A stretch of DNA of 63,288 bases, the filler included, from Reclinomonas americana ATCC 50394 (taxonomy: Eukaryota), in assembly GCA_048213135.1 (NCBI GenBank). It is 7 parts of 7 records of this genome, joined end to end, with 100 filler letters (N's around TTAATTAATTAA, not from the genome) between each part and the next. Parts side by side here need not be neighbours in the genome. Positions count along the whole stretch, not along the records: positions 1 to 10,786 come from AFZH01018698.1; positions 10,887 to 14,852 come from AFZH01018700.1; positions 14,953 to 18,954 come from AFZH01018701.1; positions 19,055 to 46,906 come from AFZH01018702.1; 3 more parts are not named here. The stretch is one strand, 5' to 3'. The notes under the pieces were generated by a model, which saw only the letters and a program-made list of their open reading frames with translations, searched no databases and was not told the DNA's origin. Of the stretch, positions 9,800 to 22,400 are shown piece by piece. Position numbers and translations under genes: made by a program. Numbering within the stretch: the stretch's first letter is position 1; the number at the start of each line of letters is the position of its first letter.

Positions 9800-10786
9800 T
9801 CAGGCCACGGCCTTGAGCGGCTCGGGCGCATAGGCCCATGGCAGGAGCTCGTCGAGTTGGCTCTGCGGATGTCCGGCGACGATGCGGGCGATGACGTCGG
9901 AGAGGTAGACTTGCGGGTCGACGCCGTTGAGCTTGGCGGTTTCGACGAGCGAGGCGATGACGGCCCAGTGCTCGCCGCCGCCGTCGCTTCCCGCGAACAG
10001 TGCATTCTTGCGATTGAGGGCGATCGGTCTTATGGCGCGCTCGACGACGTTGGAGTCGATTTCGACACGGCCGTCGTCGAGGAAGCGGCTGAGGCCAGCC
10101 CATCGCGAGAGGGCGTAGCGGATGGCCTCGGCGAGTTTGCTCTTCTGGCTGACGAGGGCGAGCTTCGCCTTCAACCACGGTTCGAGGGCATCGACGATCG
10201 CGCGGCTTCTCGCCTGGCGGCTGTCGCGGCGCTCCTCGACGGAGCGGCCACGGATTTCGCCCTCGATACGATAAAGCTCGGCGATGCGCGCGAGTGCTTC
10301 CGTGGCGATCGGCGCGGGACCACCCTGCGCGAGGTCATAGAACTTGCGCCGGACATGGCTCCAGCAGAACGCCAGGCTCACGGCGTTGCGGTCGGCCAGG
10401 ACCTTGTAGCCCGCGAAGCCATCGACCTGCAGCGTGCCGACGAAGCCCTGAAGATGGCGGACCACCTGCTCGGCCTTGCGGTCGGGCGCGTAGAGATAGG
10501 CGACGCCGGGCGGATCGACGCCGCCCCAGGGCCGCTCGTCGCGGGCGTAGGCGAAGAGCTGGCCGGTCTTGGTCCGGCCGCGACCCGGGTCGAGCACCGG
10601 CGCCGTGGTCTCGTCGGCGAAGAGTTTTGTCGATGCCTTCAGACGCTCGAACAGCCGAGCATGGACGGGCCGTAGCAGGAAAGCCGCCTTGCCGACCCAG
10701 TCGGCCAAGGTCGAGCGATCCAGGTTGACGCCCTGCCGGGCGTAGATCTGCGCCTGGCGGTACAACGGCAGATGATCGGCGTATTT
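9800..10786 (-). CDS. tnpC: IS66-family transposase TnpC, 3' part (5' lost in assembly gap)
   Basis: HLPLYRQ, LFADETT, LQVDG, CWSHVRRKF, EIDSNVVERAIRP, SLVETAKLNGVDP, DELLPW. Confidence 0.95.
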   Translation of the reverse strand, partial: KYADHLPLYRQAQIYARQGVNLDRSTLADWVGKAAFLLRPVHARLFERLKASTKLFADETTAPVLDPGRGRTKTGQLFAYARDERPWGGVDPPGVAYLYAPDRKAEQVVRHLQGFVGTLQVDGFAGYKVLADRNAVSLAFCWSHVRRKFYDLAQGGPAPIATEALARIAELYRIEGEIRGRSVEERRDSRQARSRAIVDALEPWLKAKLALVSQKSKLAEAIRYALSRWAGLSRFLDDGRVEIDSNVVERAIRPIALNRKNALFAGSDGGGEHWAVIASLVETAKLNGVDPQVYLSDVIARIVAGHPQSQLDELLPWAYAPEPLKAVA

Positions 10787-10886
10787 NNNNNNNNNNNNNN
10801 NNNNNNNNNNNNNNNNNNNNNNNNNNNNNNTTAATTAATTAANNNNNNNNNNNNNNNNNNNNNNNNNNNNNNNNNNNNNNNNNNNN
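10787..10886. other. Artificial contig spacer (also 14853-14952, 18955-19054, 46907-47006, 50958-51057, 54902-55001)
   Basis: Identical 100-nt N-run/TTAATTAATTAA/N-run linker with stops in all frames. Confidence 0.99.
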
Positions 10887-11069
10887 CTCGCGGTTATGTA
10901 TTGCGAGGTGGTCAGATTCGCCGAAGCGGGACCGTCGCCGAGATTAAGGAAATGGCGCTGGCGGACGAGTATCTCTGAGTACGATGGGCTCCTGATATTG
11001 ATCCGTCATCCATGAGATCCATCTCGGGATTTCGGTGATCTCCCGTCGAGTTGCGCCGCGTTCTTTTCC

Positions 11070-11215
11070 GAACAACCGAGAAGGCCCCAGCTTTCTTGCT
11101 CGCGACGGCATCGGCCCGGATCCGCTCGGCGCCGTGGCCGCGGCCCCCGGAGGCGGTAACATCCAAGGCGTTCACGGCCTGCGGCGTCAGCTAGACGTGT
11201 GCCATCACGGGCAAT
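11070..11215 (-). pseudogene. panB: Degenerate ketopantoate hydroxymethyltransferase fragment
   Basis: PVMAHV*LTPQAVNAL...GRGHGAERIRADAVASKKAGAFSVV matches the PanB pattern PVMAHVGLTPQ...AGAFSVV, with an in-frame stop and indels. Confidence 0.7.
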
Positions 11216-11332
11216 TTGAGTCGTGCAGTTTGAGCGAGCGGAGGTGAACTTGAACCGGGTAGGATGGTTGATTAACGAGCTGCCGAGGCATTCCAACTTG
11301 CTGATCGTTTTGATCACGCGGATCCTGAGAGA

Positions 11333-12382
11333 TCACGTCTGCGAGAGGCGAGCGCTTGGCGGTGCGCATGAGTCCCGCATGATGAATTCAGTTGGGACTG
11401 TCAGGCGCTTTGGAGCGTCTTTAGCAGCTCCGCGGAGTCTCTCGAGAGCGAACCGCGCGGCTAGCCTACCGACATCGGCATAGTTCCACGTGATGACACT
11501 AATGGGAGGCTCGTGAAGCTCGACCAGGTCGGAGTTCAAAGTTGCTACAATTGAAATGTCGCGAGGAATGACAAGGTTCTTGAGGCGAAGTGCTTTCAAT
11601 ATTCCAGGCAGCATGTCAATGCCGCCAGCCAAGATCGCGGTCGGTCGGCCTGTTGACGAAACGAGTAGGGAAGTTTGCTCAAACCCAAATTCGGCCTGGA
11701 ACGAGCCGGAGCGGATTAAGGTACCGTCAATCGGTAAGCCAAGGGCTTCATGAGCGCTACGGTAGCCGGCAATCCTCTCCCGTGCGGGAAAAAGAGCCTC
11801 ATCTCCGGTAATCAATGCGATGCGGGTATGTCCCAGTTGCGCCAGCCGTTCGATCGCTCGACGCATGCCACCCCGGTGATCAACCATCACGGCATCTGCC
11901 CAAACGGGATGCTCGCGATCGAACAGAACAACGGGAATTCCCGCTTTTGACATTGCGGTCCGAAGTTCTAAGTCGGTTTCAGAGCATTGGGCAATAAGGA
12001 GGGCATCAGCTCGGCGAGCCGCCATGACAGAGATCAATTGGCGCTCGCGCTCAATTTTGCCCTCTGAGTTCGAGAGCAGAAGCGCGTAGCCAGCTTCGAG
12101 AAAGACGTCATGAGCTGCGCGCACAAAGGTTGCCAACCCGGGTATATCAATATCACGGATCACGCACCCGACAGTCCTTGAAACCATGCTGCGCATGCTC
12201 TGCGCTGCCGCATTGGGCCGATAATCGAGTTGGGCAATCGCTTCCTGTACTTTCCTCTTTACTGCCCCCGTGACGGACGCCTTCCCGTTCAAGACGCGCG
12301 AAACGGAGCCCACTGAGACCCCGGCGGCGCGGGCGACGTCAATGATCGTTGGCTGAGTCGGCGGGAGCTTCGCGTCAGGCAT
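11333..12382 (-). CDS. LacI-family transcriptional regulator
   Basis: HTH/hinge TIIDVARAAGVSVGSVSRVLN...YRPNAAAQSM followed by a periplasmic-binding-type effector domain. Confidence 0.97.
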   Translation of the reverse strand: MPDAKLPPTQPTIIDVARAAGVSVGSVSRVLNGKASVTGAVKRKVQEAIAQLDYRPNAAAQSMRSMVSRTVGCVIRDIDIPGLATFVRAAHDVFLEAGYALLLSNSEGKIERERQLISVMAARRADALLIAQCSETDLELRTAMSKAGIPVVLFDREHPVWADAVMVDHRGGMRRAIERLAQLGHTRIALITGDEALFPARERIAGYRSAHEALGLPIDGTLIRSGSFQAEFGFEQTSLLVSSTGRPTAILAGGIDMLPGILKALRLKNLVIPRDISIVATLNSDLVELHEPPISVITWNYADVGRLAARFALERLRGAAKDAPKRLTVPTEFIMRDSCAPPSARLSQT

Positions 12383-12766
12383 TTCAAGGCGATTCTTTGT
12401 GGTCGGGGGCAGGATGCTCGGGATGATATCGTTTCAGATGCGCGCAACGCAAGCTCCATTGATATGGACGCCTACCAAGACCGCTACTCGGCCATTTACT
12501 TGCATCATCTTCGGCGGCTCCTCTGCACGGTATAATACTGCCGCCGGTTGAGCCTCAGAGGCATCCGTCGCCTTTCCAACGAGGGCTCGCGCGACGACCG
12601 GGACTGTCGCCCCCAACTGCATGAAATGAAATGTTTCACACTGGCAGGGCGCGGCGCCGGCGCCGCCCCCCCCCCGAATATTGGCTCGCATCGCGCCAGA
12701 AATGCACTCAATGCACTCCGGCCGTGGTCGCTCGCCGCTGAGTGGTCGCCGAACTCCGCCACCTAA

Positions 12767-14089
<1,323 letters not shown>

Positions 14090-14116
14090 AATTCAAGTCG
14101 TGAAAGGATTGAAACT

Positions 14117-14848
14117 ATGAACGCCGTGGTTCAAGCGCCCACAGTATCGCCCGTCAAAATCAACACGCGGACGTCTGACGATGTGCCGGATATCCTTGAT
14201 AGCGACCTTCCGTTGGTCAAGGAATCCGTCAAGTTGATTGAACGCCTTCGAGCTCGCGAACTGACGCCGGACCGCTATCAGGAAGCTGTCAAAGTGCTTC
14301 ACGAGAAACTTGACCTCGTGAAATCGCTTGCGCCGTGGATTGAGAAAACACTGCAAGCGAAGGAAGATATCGTCTTGTATCGCCGCACCGGCAAAGAGCA
14401 TCGAGAGACTATCCAGCTCTTCTACCTCGATGCGAATGTTTTCCATCCCCCGCACTGTCACCATAACATTCTTTCAACCCAGCTAATTCTAAAGGGGACA
14501 GCGCATCTACGAGAATTCGATCGCGTAGCACGCCTGAGCGAGGATACCTTGCTTCTGCGGCTCAAGCGCGACATCTTGGCTGGACCCGGCTCGGCTTTGC
14601 GGGCCTCTGAACTTGACGCGAACTGTCACTGGTTTGGCGCGCTGAACGAGCCGGTCGTTATGTTGAACTTTAATGCTTACGGCTATCAAGATTGGACCTT
14701 CAATCCCAACGGACCACTACGACGCAAGTTGGTCGACCCGACTTTTGGCCGCAGCCCCGACGGCCTGATAATCGCCAAGGAAGTTAGTGTGGAGGACGCA
14801 TACGCCAAATTTGGAGGAAGGCCTCTCTCGGACTTCCCGATGGACTGA
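14117..14848 (+). CDS. Cupin-fold protein, thiol (cysteine/cysteamine) dioxygenase-like
   Basis: PPHCHH...LILKG...NCHWF pattern resembles the 3-His metal site of CDO/ADO-type enzymes; operonic with the aminotransferase. Confidence 0.55.
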   Translation: MNAVVQAPTVSPVKINTRTSDDVPDILDSDLPLVKESVKLIERLRARELTPDRYQEAVKVLHEKLDLVKSLAPWIEKTLQAKEDIVLYRRTGKEHRETIQLFYLDANVFHPPHCHHNILSTQLILKGTAHLREFDRVARLSEDTLLLRLKRDILAGPGSALRASELDANCHWFGALNEPVVMLNFNAYGYQDWTFNPNGPLRRKLVDPTFGRSPDGLIIAKEVSVEDAYAKFGGRPLSDFPMD

Positions 14849-15254
14849 CTAGNNNNNNNNNNNNNNNNNNNNNNNNNNNNNNNNNNNNNNNNNNNNTTAA
14901 TTAATTAANNNNNNNNNNNNNNNNNNNNNNNNNNNNNNNNNNNNNNNNNNNNCAGCCTGCTAGGGTTGCAAAGCGGTAGTCCGTGTCGAAATTGCCGATG
15001 AGGCAAACGGTATCAAAAGAATACCGATCCTGAGGGCGGTTCTCAGCCCTCAGCATTGCCTTTATCGGTTTTATCGGGACCAATTGTTGTCGAGATCTGC
15101 GCTATGCGGCACCCCCCCCCGATTCGGTAGGTCGGCCAGGCGAGAAAAGTGTTTGCGGCAGCCCATTGCCACGAATTTTCGGAATGGATGATTTGTGCTG
15201 TATGACCGTGCAGTCTGACGGCGTCATAGGCACGATATTGGGCGGCACCCAGCG

Positions 15255-16577
15255 ATGAGCTACAGTCCTTTATCGGATCACCCGCATCTGGCGCAAACCG
15301 TTTATGATGTCGGCGTTTTAGAGGCCCCCCCGACAGCGCCGCAATCAGGGGAAGCGTTTGCTGACGTCGTGATTGTTGGAGCTGGTTTCACGGGTCTCTC
15401 AGCCGCGCTTCATTTGGCAGAGACGGGTGCTAACGTGATAGTTCTTGAGGCCAATGAGATCGGCTGGGGTGCATCAGGTAGGAATTTTGGACAGGTGGTC
15501 CCTTATCTCAGGCATGAACCGGCGCACGCAATCCGCCGCTTCGGCTCTCATTACGGTGAACGCCTAATCCAGGCTGCAGCAATAGCACCAGCTCTCGTCT
15601 ACGACCTGATTGGGCGGCACCGCATCGCCTGTCAGGAGCGACGAAATGGCCTGTTGTTCGCTGCCCATACATTTCACTTCTTGAAAGGGCTCGAACGGCG
15701 CCAAGCCTACTGGGCAAAGAAGGGAATAGCGCTGAATTTGCTCGATCGCCAGCAAGCCAAGGACTTGATCGGCGGGGGAAGTTATTTGGGCGCCTTGCTA
15801 GACCCCCGCGGGGGAACGCTGAATGCACTCTCATTCGCGCGAGGCTTGGCGGCATGCGCAATCAAGGCCGGCGCAAGGATTTTCACGCGCAGTGCTGCTA
15901 CCGGCCTAACGCAAGTGGGCGGGACGTGGCACGTATCGACCCGACAGGGTCTTATCCGCGCTCGATCTGTCATTCTTGCAACCAATGCCTACAGCGATCG
16001 GCTTTGGCCGGGACTTGCTGCATCAATAGTTCCGATGCGTATTCACCAGCTAGCGTCGCAGCCAATTGCCGAGAGCCTGCGGCGCACCATTCTGCCAGGG
16101 GGCCATGCTTTGACGGATACTCGTCGAATGGCATCTGGTGTCCGCTTACACGATAGCGGTCGTCTGCACGTCTCCGCAGACGGGCCTTACTTTACCGCTT
16201 CCGAGCAGGCCGATTGTGATGGAGCTCAGCAACGCCTGCTCGCACTGTTTCCGCAGATCAAGTCCCTTGAGTGGGAGTATTCTTGGAGCGGTTGGATTGC
16301 GGTAACGCCGGACGAATACCCTCGTCTGCACCAGCTTGCCCCGTCACTGTTCGCTGCACTGGGCTATAGTGGGCGTGGGATCGGCCTTGCAACGGTACTT
16401 GGAAGAGAGATTGCGCAGCATATTTCAGGCAAACCGCGGGATAGTTTGTGTCTGCCTCTCACCACACCGCGGCGTATCGGCTTCGCACCTGTCAGTCAGA
16501 TCGCGGTGAAAACAGTTGTCGCATTTAAGCGCTTGCGGGACCGTCTCGATCAGCACAGACTCGATAGGAGCGGATAG
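15255..16577 (+). CDS. FAD-dependent oxidoreductase (DAO / PuuB-OrdL-like)
   Basis: DVVIVGAGFTGLSAA, GASGRNFG, ATNAY, GYSGRGI. Confidence 0.92.
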   Translation: MSYSPLSDHPHLAQTVYDVGVLEAPPTAPQSGEAFADVVIVGAGFTGLSAALHLAETGANVIVLEANEIGWGASGRNFGQVVPYLRHEPAHAIRRFGSHYGERLIQAAAIAPALVYDLIGRHRIACQERRNGLLFAAHTFHFLKGLERRQAYWAKKGIALNLLDRQQAKDLIGGGSYLGALLDPRGGTLNALSFARGLAACAIKAGARIFTRSAATGLTQVGGTWHVSTRQGLIRARSVILATNAYSDRLWPGLAASIVPMRIHQLASQPIAESLRRTILPGGHALTDTRRMASGVRLHDSGRLHVSADGPYFTASEQADCDGAQQRLLALFPQIKSLEWEYSWSGWIAVTPDEYPRLHQLAPSLFAALGYSGRGIGLATVLGREIAQHISGKPRDSLCLPLTTPRRIGFAPVSQIAVKTVVAFKRLRDRLDQHRLDRSG

Positions 16578-16628
16578 CGAACGCCGAGATTGGAAGGCAA
16601 AGTTGGCGGACAGTTGGCGCACCACCAT

Positions 16629-16855
16629 CTGAGCCCATGAAAAAACATCGCTTTGATCGGAGTTTTCCGTGTCGTTTCTCCTAGGCTGAGAGTAGCGGAA
16701 GGCGATGACGAATTCGAAGTTTTTGGACGCCCAGAAGGAGTTCATCCTGACGCAGGGCGCGGATGGGATTCCGTTGGGGGATATCTGGTGACCGCGATGC
16801 GCCGGATTACGCCGCTCGCTGACGAGAACGTCGGGCTGCAAGATGCCGCAAGATC
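16629..16855 (+). mobile_element. IS3-family orfA remnant
   Basis: From ATG 16705, MTNSKFLDAQKEFILTQGADGIP then MRRI..LADEN, resembling IS3-family orfA; degenerate. Confidence 0.65.
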
Positions 16856-17190
16856 CGGCTCCTGTCGGTAGTTGATACCTTCTCGCGCTTCTCGCAGGCT
16901 TATCCGCGCTTGAGCTGCTGCATTGAGCTTGCTGTGCAATTCGCCCTTTTGGCCGAAGCTGCTCTCGAATGCGATTCTCCTAGTGTTACAACATCGAGTT
17001 GAAATATCGTTTCATCGCCTACTCGCTGAAGAGATGAGTGGCCCTCAGAATTTTGTGCTGAAAATACGGTAACATCGGCGATCTAAGATCCCTGGCTGCC
17101 CGCGAAATTCTCGGGTGCCCCACAATTGATTGACAACGTTTCATTGCGGCCATATCGTTTCCCGCGTTGGTTAATAACGGGAGCAGCGAC

Positions 17191-18171
17191 GTGAAGGTTT
17201 GTATCTACGGAGCAGGCGCGGTGGGGTGCTTCTTGGCCGCGAGGCTTCACAAGGGAGGGGCCGACGTTTCAGTGGTTGCGCGCGGGGCTACCCGGGAGGC
17301 CATCGCCGCAAATGGCATTCATGTCCATACTCCAGACTACAACATTTCAGCGCGGGTCAAAGTGGCCGAAAGCGCGAGCGATCTTGGGGTTCAGGATGTC
17401 GTCATTGTGACGGTCAAGTCCCCCGCGCTTCCTTCAATTGTCGATGGGCTAAAGCCGCTTCTAGGGCCAGATACAGCGGTCGCATTCGTCATGAATGGTA
17501 TTCCCTGGTGGTACTTTCATGACTTTGGCGGAGAACTCGCTGGTCGCCGTCTCGAGAAACTCGATCCTGGCGGCTTTCTTTGGGAAGCCGTTGGGCCTCA
17601 GCGCGCCTTGGGTGGCGTCATCTTCTGCTCTTGCGATGTCGTTGAACCTGGTGTCATCCACGCTGAGACCGCCGGGCCGAAGCTTCTTCTGGGAGAACCT
17701 AGCGGACAAATCTCTGAGCGCGTTGAAAAGCTCGCTGCACTGATCCGGGGTGACACGCTATCTGTCGACGTCGTCGACAACATTAGGACTGTCATCTGGT
17801 CAAAATTGCAGATGAATATGAGCTCAGGATTGCTTGGGTGCCTGTCCAACAGTCCTCCGCGGGAGATCTATCCCGATCCCGCGTGTGCTGATGCGGTTCG
17901 GCGAATTGTCCACGAGGTTGGTGCCGTTGCACGCGCTGTTGGTTGCGAAACGACAGTCGATGCTGACCAGATGTTGGCTAGAACACGTGATCAGGGCCAC
18001 CGGTCGAGCATCGTTCAGGATCTCGAAAAAGGTCGCGCGATGGAAATTGATCCGATGTTTGAGCTTCCGCTTGAAATGGCGCGGATGACAAACACTCCTA
18101 CGCCAACTCTCGACTTCCTAGTTTGTCTCGTCAAAGCTCGAGCCCGCCGTGCGGGTGCATATACAGGCTGA
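17191..18171 (+). CDS. Ketopantoate reductase (PanE/ApbA) family protein
   Basis: IYGAGAVG, VTVKS, VMNGIPWW, IWSKL, SSIVQDLEKGRAMEID; GTG start with RBS GGAG. Confidence 0.92.
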   Translation: MKVCIYGAGAVGCFLAARLHKGGADVSVVARGATREAIAANGIHVHTPDYNISARVKVAESASDLGVQDVVIVTVKSPALPSIVDGLKPLLGPDTAVAFVMNGIPWWYFHDFGGELAGRRLEKLDPGGFLWEAVGPQRALGGVIFCSCDVVEPGVIHAETAGPKLLLGEPSGQISERVEKLAALIRGDTLSVDVVDNIRTVIWSKLQMNMSSGLLGCLSNSPPREIYPDPACADAVRRIVHEVGAVARAVGCETTVDADQMLARTRDQGHRSSIVQDLEKGRAMEIDPMFELPLEMARMTNTPTPTLDFLVCLVKARARRAGAYTG

Positions 18172-18208
18172 CGGCTCTTCCGAACAATCTTCTGCAGCAG
18201 CCAGTAAC

Positions 18209-18222
18209 TTGACGCAGGTCAA
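18209..18222. promoter_or_regulatory. Possible FNR/FixK box TTGAC-GCAG-GTCAA
   Basis: Perfect TTGAC-N4-GTCAA palindrome in the intergenic region; the regulated gene is unclear. Confidence 0.4.
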
Positions 18223-18586
18223 TCGCGGGAGCGATCAGAATTGGTGAACTCGGTCTGTGCCCTTGGCGTGCTGGAAGTTTCCGCGACATTCCAGCGCGTT
18301 CTAGGTCAGCATCCCGCGGCAAATGCCTGTCCTGCGTCGATCGTGATGAAAGCCTGACGGGCGGTAGAAGGGCAACACCTGATTGACCAGTATCTCTCGG
18401 AACGAAGTCGAGGCCAGTTCTGGCAAGATGTGCAGGCGGTCCTCCGCCCAGTGCAGGCGCATGCAATCTGAAATTCAATGAATCCTGAATTTGGGACAAG
18501 ACGCTCCCGGTCGAAGACTAAGACCCAGATTGCGGCCGCTGGCGAGGGATTTGACGACAACCCTCTTTGTACCGGAGCAAATGCTT

Positions 18587-18954
18587 ATGAGGATCTTGGT
18601 GCCCGTGAAGCGGGTTGTTGACTACAACGTGAAAATTCGCGTGAAGGGTGACGGCTCCGGCGTCGAGCTGGCCAACGTCAAGATGTCGATGAACCCCTTC
18701 GACGAAATCGCCGTCGAGGAGGCGCTGCGCCTGAAGGAAGCCGGCAAGGCGAGCGAGGTCGTCGTCGTCTCGATCGGGCCGGCCCAGGCCGCCGAGACGA
18801 TCCGCACCGGCCTCGCCATGGGCGCCGACCGCGGCATCCTGGTCAAGGTCGACGGCCCGGTCGAGCCGCTCGCCGTCGCCAAGCTCCTGAAGAAGGTCGT
18901 CGAGCAGGAGAGCCCGCAGCTCGTCATCCTCGGCAAGCAGGCGATCGACGACGA
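18587..18954 (+). CDS. etfB: Electron transfer flavoprotein beta subunit, 5' part
   Basis: [20 protein letters not shown]...[12 protein letters not shown]...LGKQAIDD, running into the gap. Confidence 0.97.
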
Positions 18955-19054
18955 NNNNNNNNNNNNNNNNNNNNNNNNNNNNNNNNNNNNNNNNNNNNTT
19001 AATTAATTAANNNNNNNNNNNNNNNNNNNNNNNNNNNNNNNNNNNNNNNNNNNN

Positions 19055-19306
19055 GATGCCGGCTACGCCCCGAACGACTGGCAGGTCGGCCAGACCGGCA
19101 AGGTCGTCGCGCCGGATCTGTACATTGCCGTCGGCATCTCCGGCGCAATCCAACACCTCGCCGGCATGAAGGACTCGAAGGTCATCGTCGCGATCAACAA
19201 GGACGAGGAGGCGCCGATCTTCCAGATCGCCGATTACGGCCTCGTCGGCGATCTCTTCACCGTCCTTCCCGAGCTCGACGCCGAACTCGCCAAAAGCGGC
19301 AAGTAG
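19055..19306 (+). CDS. etfA: Electron transfer flavoprotein alpha subunit, 3' part (not in ORF track)
   Basis: [68 protein letters not shown]...stop. Confidence 0.97.
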   Translation, partial: DAGYAPNDWQVGQTGKVVAPDLYIAVGISGAIQHLAGMKDSKVIVAINKDEEAPIFQIADYGLVGDLFTVLPELDAELAKSGK

Positions 19307-19407
19307 GAACAGGGTTACACGGAGACCACTCTCTATGACTTCAGTCGAAGATCCCAGGCCGCGCGCAGGCGGCCTGAACGATCCCTTCTGCGTGGACCGC
19401 CCTCATG

Positions 19408-22400
19408 ATGACCCCCATAAACAAAATCCTCGTCGCCAACCGCTCAGAGATCGCCATCCGCGTCTTCCGTGCCGCCAACGAACTCGGCCTGAAAACGGTA
19501 GCCGTCTGGGCCGAGGAGGATAAGCTGGCACTCCACCGCTTCAAAGCCGACGAGAGCTATCGCGTCGGCCGTGGCTCGCATCTGGCGCGCGATCTCGGGC
19601 CGATCGAGAGCTACCTTTCGATCGGCGAGATGATCCGTGTGGCGAAGCTCTCCGGCGCGGATGCTATCCATCCTGGCTATGGGCTGCTCTCCGAGAGCCC
19701 GGAATTCGCCGAGGCCTGCGCCGCCAACAACATCACCTTCATCGGGCCGACCCCTGCCACGATGCGCCAACTCGGCAACAAGGTCGCTGCCCGAAATCTC
19801 GCGGTCGCGGTTGGCGTACCGGTGGTCCCGGCGACCGCGCCGCTCCCGGACGATCTCGACGATGTCGCGACGATGGCCGAGGCCATCGGCTATCCGGTCA
19901 TGCTCAAGGCCTCCTGGGGCGGTGGCGGGCGCGGCATGCGCGTCATCCGTCAGCGCGCCGACCTCGCTCGCGAAGTGATGGAGGCAAAACGTGAGGCTAA
20001 GGCGGCCTTCGGCAAAGATGAGGTCTATCTGGAAAAGCTGGTCGAGCGCGCCCGCCATGTCGAGAGCCAGATTCTCGGCGATCGGCACGGCAACATCGTC
20101 CACCTCTACGAGCGGGACTGCTCGATCCAGCGGCGCAACCAGAAGGTCATCGAGCGCGCCCCCGCCCCATACCTGACCGAGGCCCAGCGCGCCGAACTCG
20201 CCGAATATTCGTTACGCATCGCAAAAGCCACGCATTATGTCGGCGCCGGCACGGTCGAGTACCTGATGGATGCCGATAGCGGGCAATTCTATTTCATCGA
20301 GGTCAATCCCCGCATTCAGGTCGAGCACACTGTCACAGAGCTCGTCACCGGCGTAGACATCGTCAAGGCGCAGATCCACATCCTCGAAGGTCATCCCATC
20401 GGTACGGAGGCCTCGGGCGTGCCGCAGCAGGCCGAGATCCGCCTCAACGGCCACGCACTTCAGTGCCGCGTGACTACCGAGGATCCCGAGCACAACTTCA
20501 TTCCCGACTACGGCCGCATCACCGGCTATCGCGCAGCGTCCGGCTTCGGCATCCGGCTCGACGGTGGCACGGCCTATCCCGGCGCGGTGATCACCCGCTA
20601 TTACGACCCTCTGCTGGAGAAGGTCACAGCCTGGGCGCCGACACCGCGGGAAGTGATCGCGCGCATGGACCGCGCGTTGCGCGAGTTCCGCATTCGTGGC
20701 GTCGCGACGAACCTGACCTTCCTTGAGGCGATCGTCGGGCACCCTGCCTTTGCCGAGATGAGTTATACGACGCGCTTCATTGACACTACGCCGGAACTCT
20801 TCAGGCAGATGAAGCGGCAGGATCGCGCGACCAAGCTCCTAACCTATCTCGCCGACGTTACGGTAAACGGCCATCCAGAGGCGCGCGACAGGGCGCGGCC
20901 GCCGGCCAACGCGGCGGCTCCGGTCGTGCCAAGTACGGACATGCCAATCGTCCCAGGTACGCGTCAGAAGTTGGACGAGCTCGGCCCACACGGCTTCGCC
21001 CGCTGGGTGCGCGAGCAGAAGCCGGTGCTCATGACCGACACCACGATGCGCGATGCGCATCAATCGCTGCTGGCGACTCGGATGCGCAGCTTCGACATCT
21101 CCCGTATCGCGCCGGCTTATGCGCGCGCTCTGCCGAACCTGTTCTCGCTCGAATGCTGGGGTGGCGCGACCTTTGACGTAGCCATGCGCTTCCTGACGGA
21201 AGACCCATGGGAGCGCCTGACGAAAATCCGCGAGGGTGCGCCAAACATCCTCCTGCAGATGCTGCTGCGCGGCGCGAACGGCGTCGGCTACAAGAACTAT
21301 CCCGACAACGTCGTGCGCTATTTCATCCGCCAAGCGGCAAAGGGCGGCATCGACCTGTTCCGGGTCTTCGACTGCCTAAACTGGGTCGACAACATGCGTG
21401 TCGCCATGGATACTGTGATCGAAGAGGGCAGGCTTTGCGAAGCGGCGATCTGCTACACAGGTGACATCCTCGACTCCGCCAGGCCCAAATACGATCTTCG
21501 CTACTATGCCGGCCTCGCCGGGGAGCTTGAAAGAGCTGGCGCGCATCTGATCGCGCTCAAGGATATGGCCGGACTGCTCAAGCCGGCAGCGGCGCGCGTT
21601 CTGTTCAAGGCACTGCGCGAAGCCAGTGACCTGCCGATTCATTTGCATACCCACGACACCTCCGGCATTGCGGCCGCGACCGTGCTGGCCGCCGTCGAGG
21701 CCGGCGTCGATATCGTTGATGCGGCGATGGATTCGGTCTCGGGCGGCACCTCACAACCCTGTCTCGGCTCGATGGTCGAAGCACTCAACGGGTCCGAGCG
21801 TGATCCGGGGCTGGATCCGGCTTGGATCCGGCGGATCTCCTGCTATTGGGAGGCGGCGCGCAACCAGTACGCCGCCTTCGAAAGCGACCTGAAGGGGCCT
21901 GCCTCCGAAGTCTATCTCCACGAGATGCCGGGCGGACAGTTCACCAACCTAAAGGAGCAAGCTCGCTCGCTGGGATTGGAAGCACGCTGGCATGAGGTCG
22001 CGCAGGCCTATGCCGATGCTAACCGGATGTTCGGTGACATCGTTAAGGTGACGCCATCCTCGAAGGTCGTCGGCGACATGGCGCTGATTATGGTGAGCCA
22101 AGAGCTGACGGTCGCTGATGTCGAGAACCCGGACAAGGACATCGCCTTCCCGGAATCGGTCGTCTCAATGCTCCGCGGAGATCTCGGCCAACCACCGGGC
22201 GGCTGGCCCGAGGCACTACGGAAGAAGGTGTTGAAGGGCGAAGCTTCCTACACCGTGCGGCCTGGATCGCTTCTCCAGGAAGCGAACCTCGACGCGGAGC
22301 GTCGGGAGATCGAGACGAGACTTGCGCGTGCTGTAAGCGATACGGAATTCGCTTCTTACCTCATGTATCCGAAGGTCTTCACCGAGTTCGCGCTGACTGC

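Noticed and set aside
14953..15083. Minus-strand frame running into the gap
   Set aside because: No RBS or recognisable motif; too short to call.
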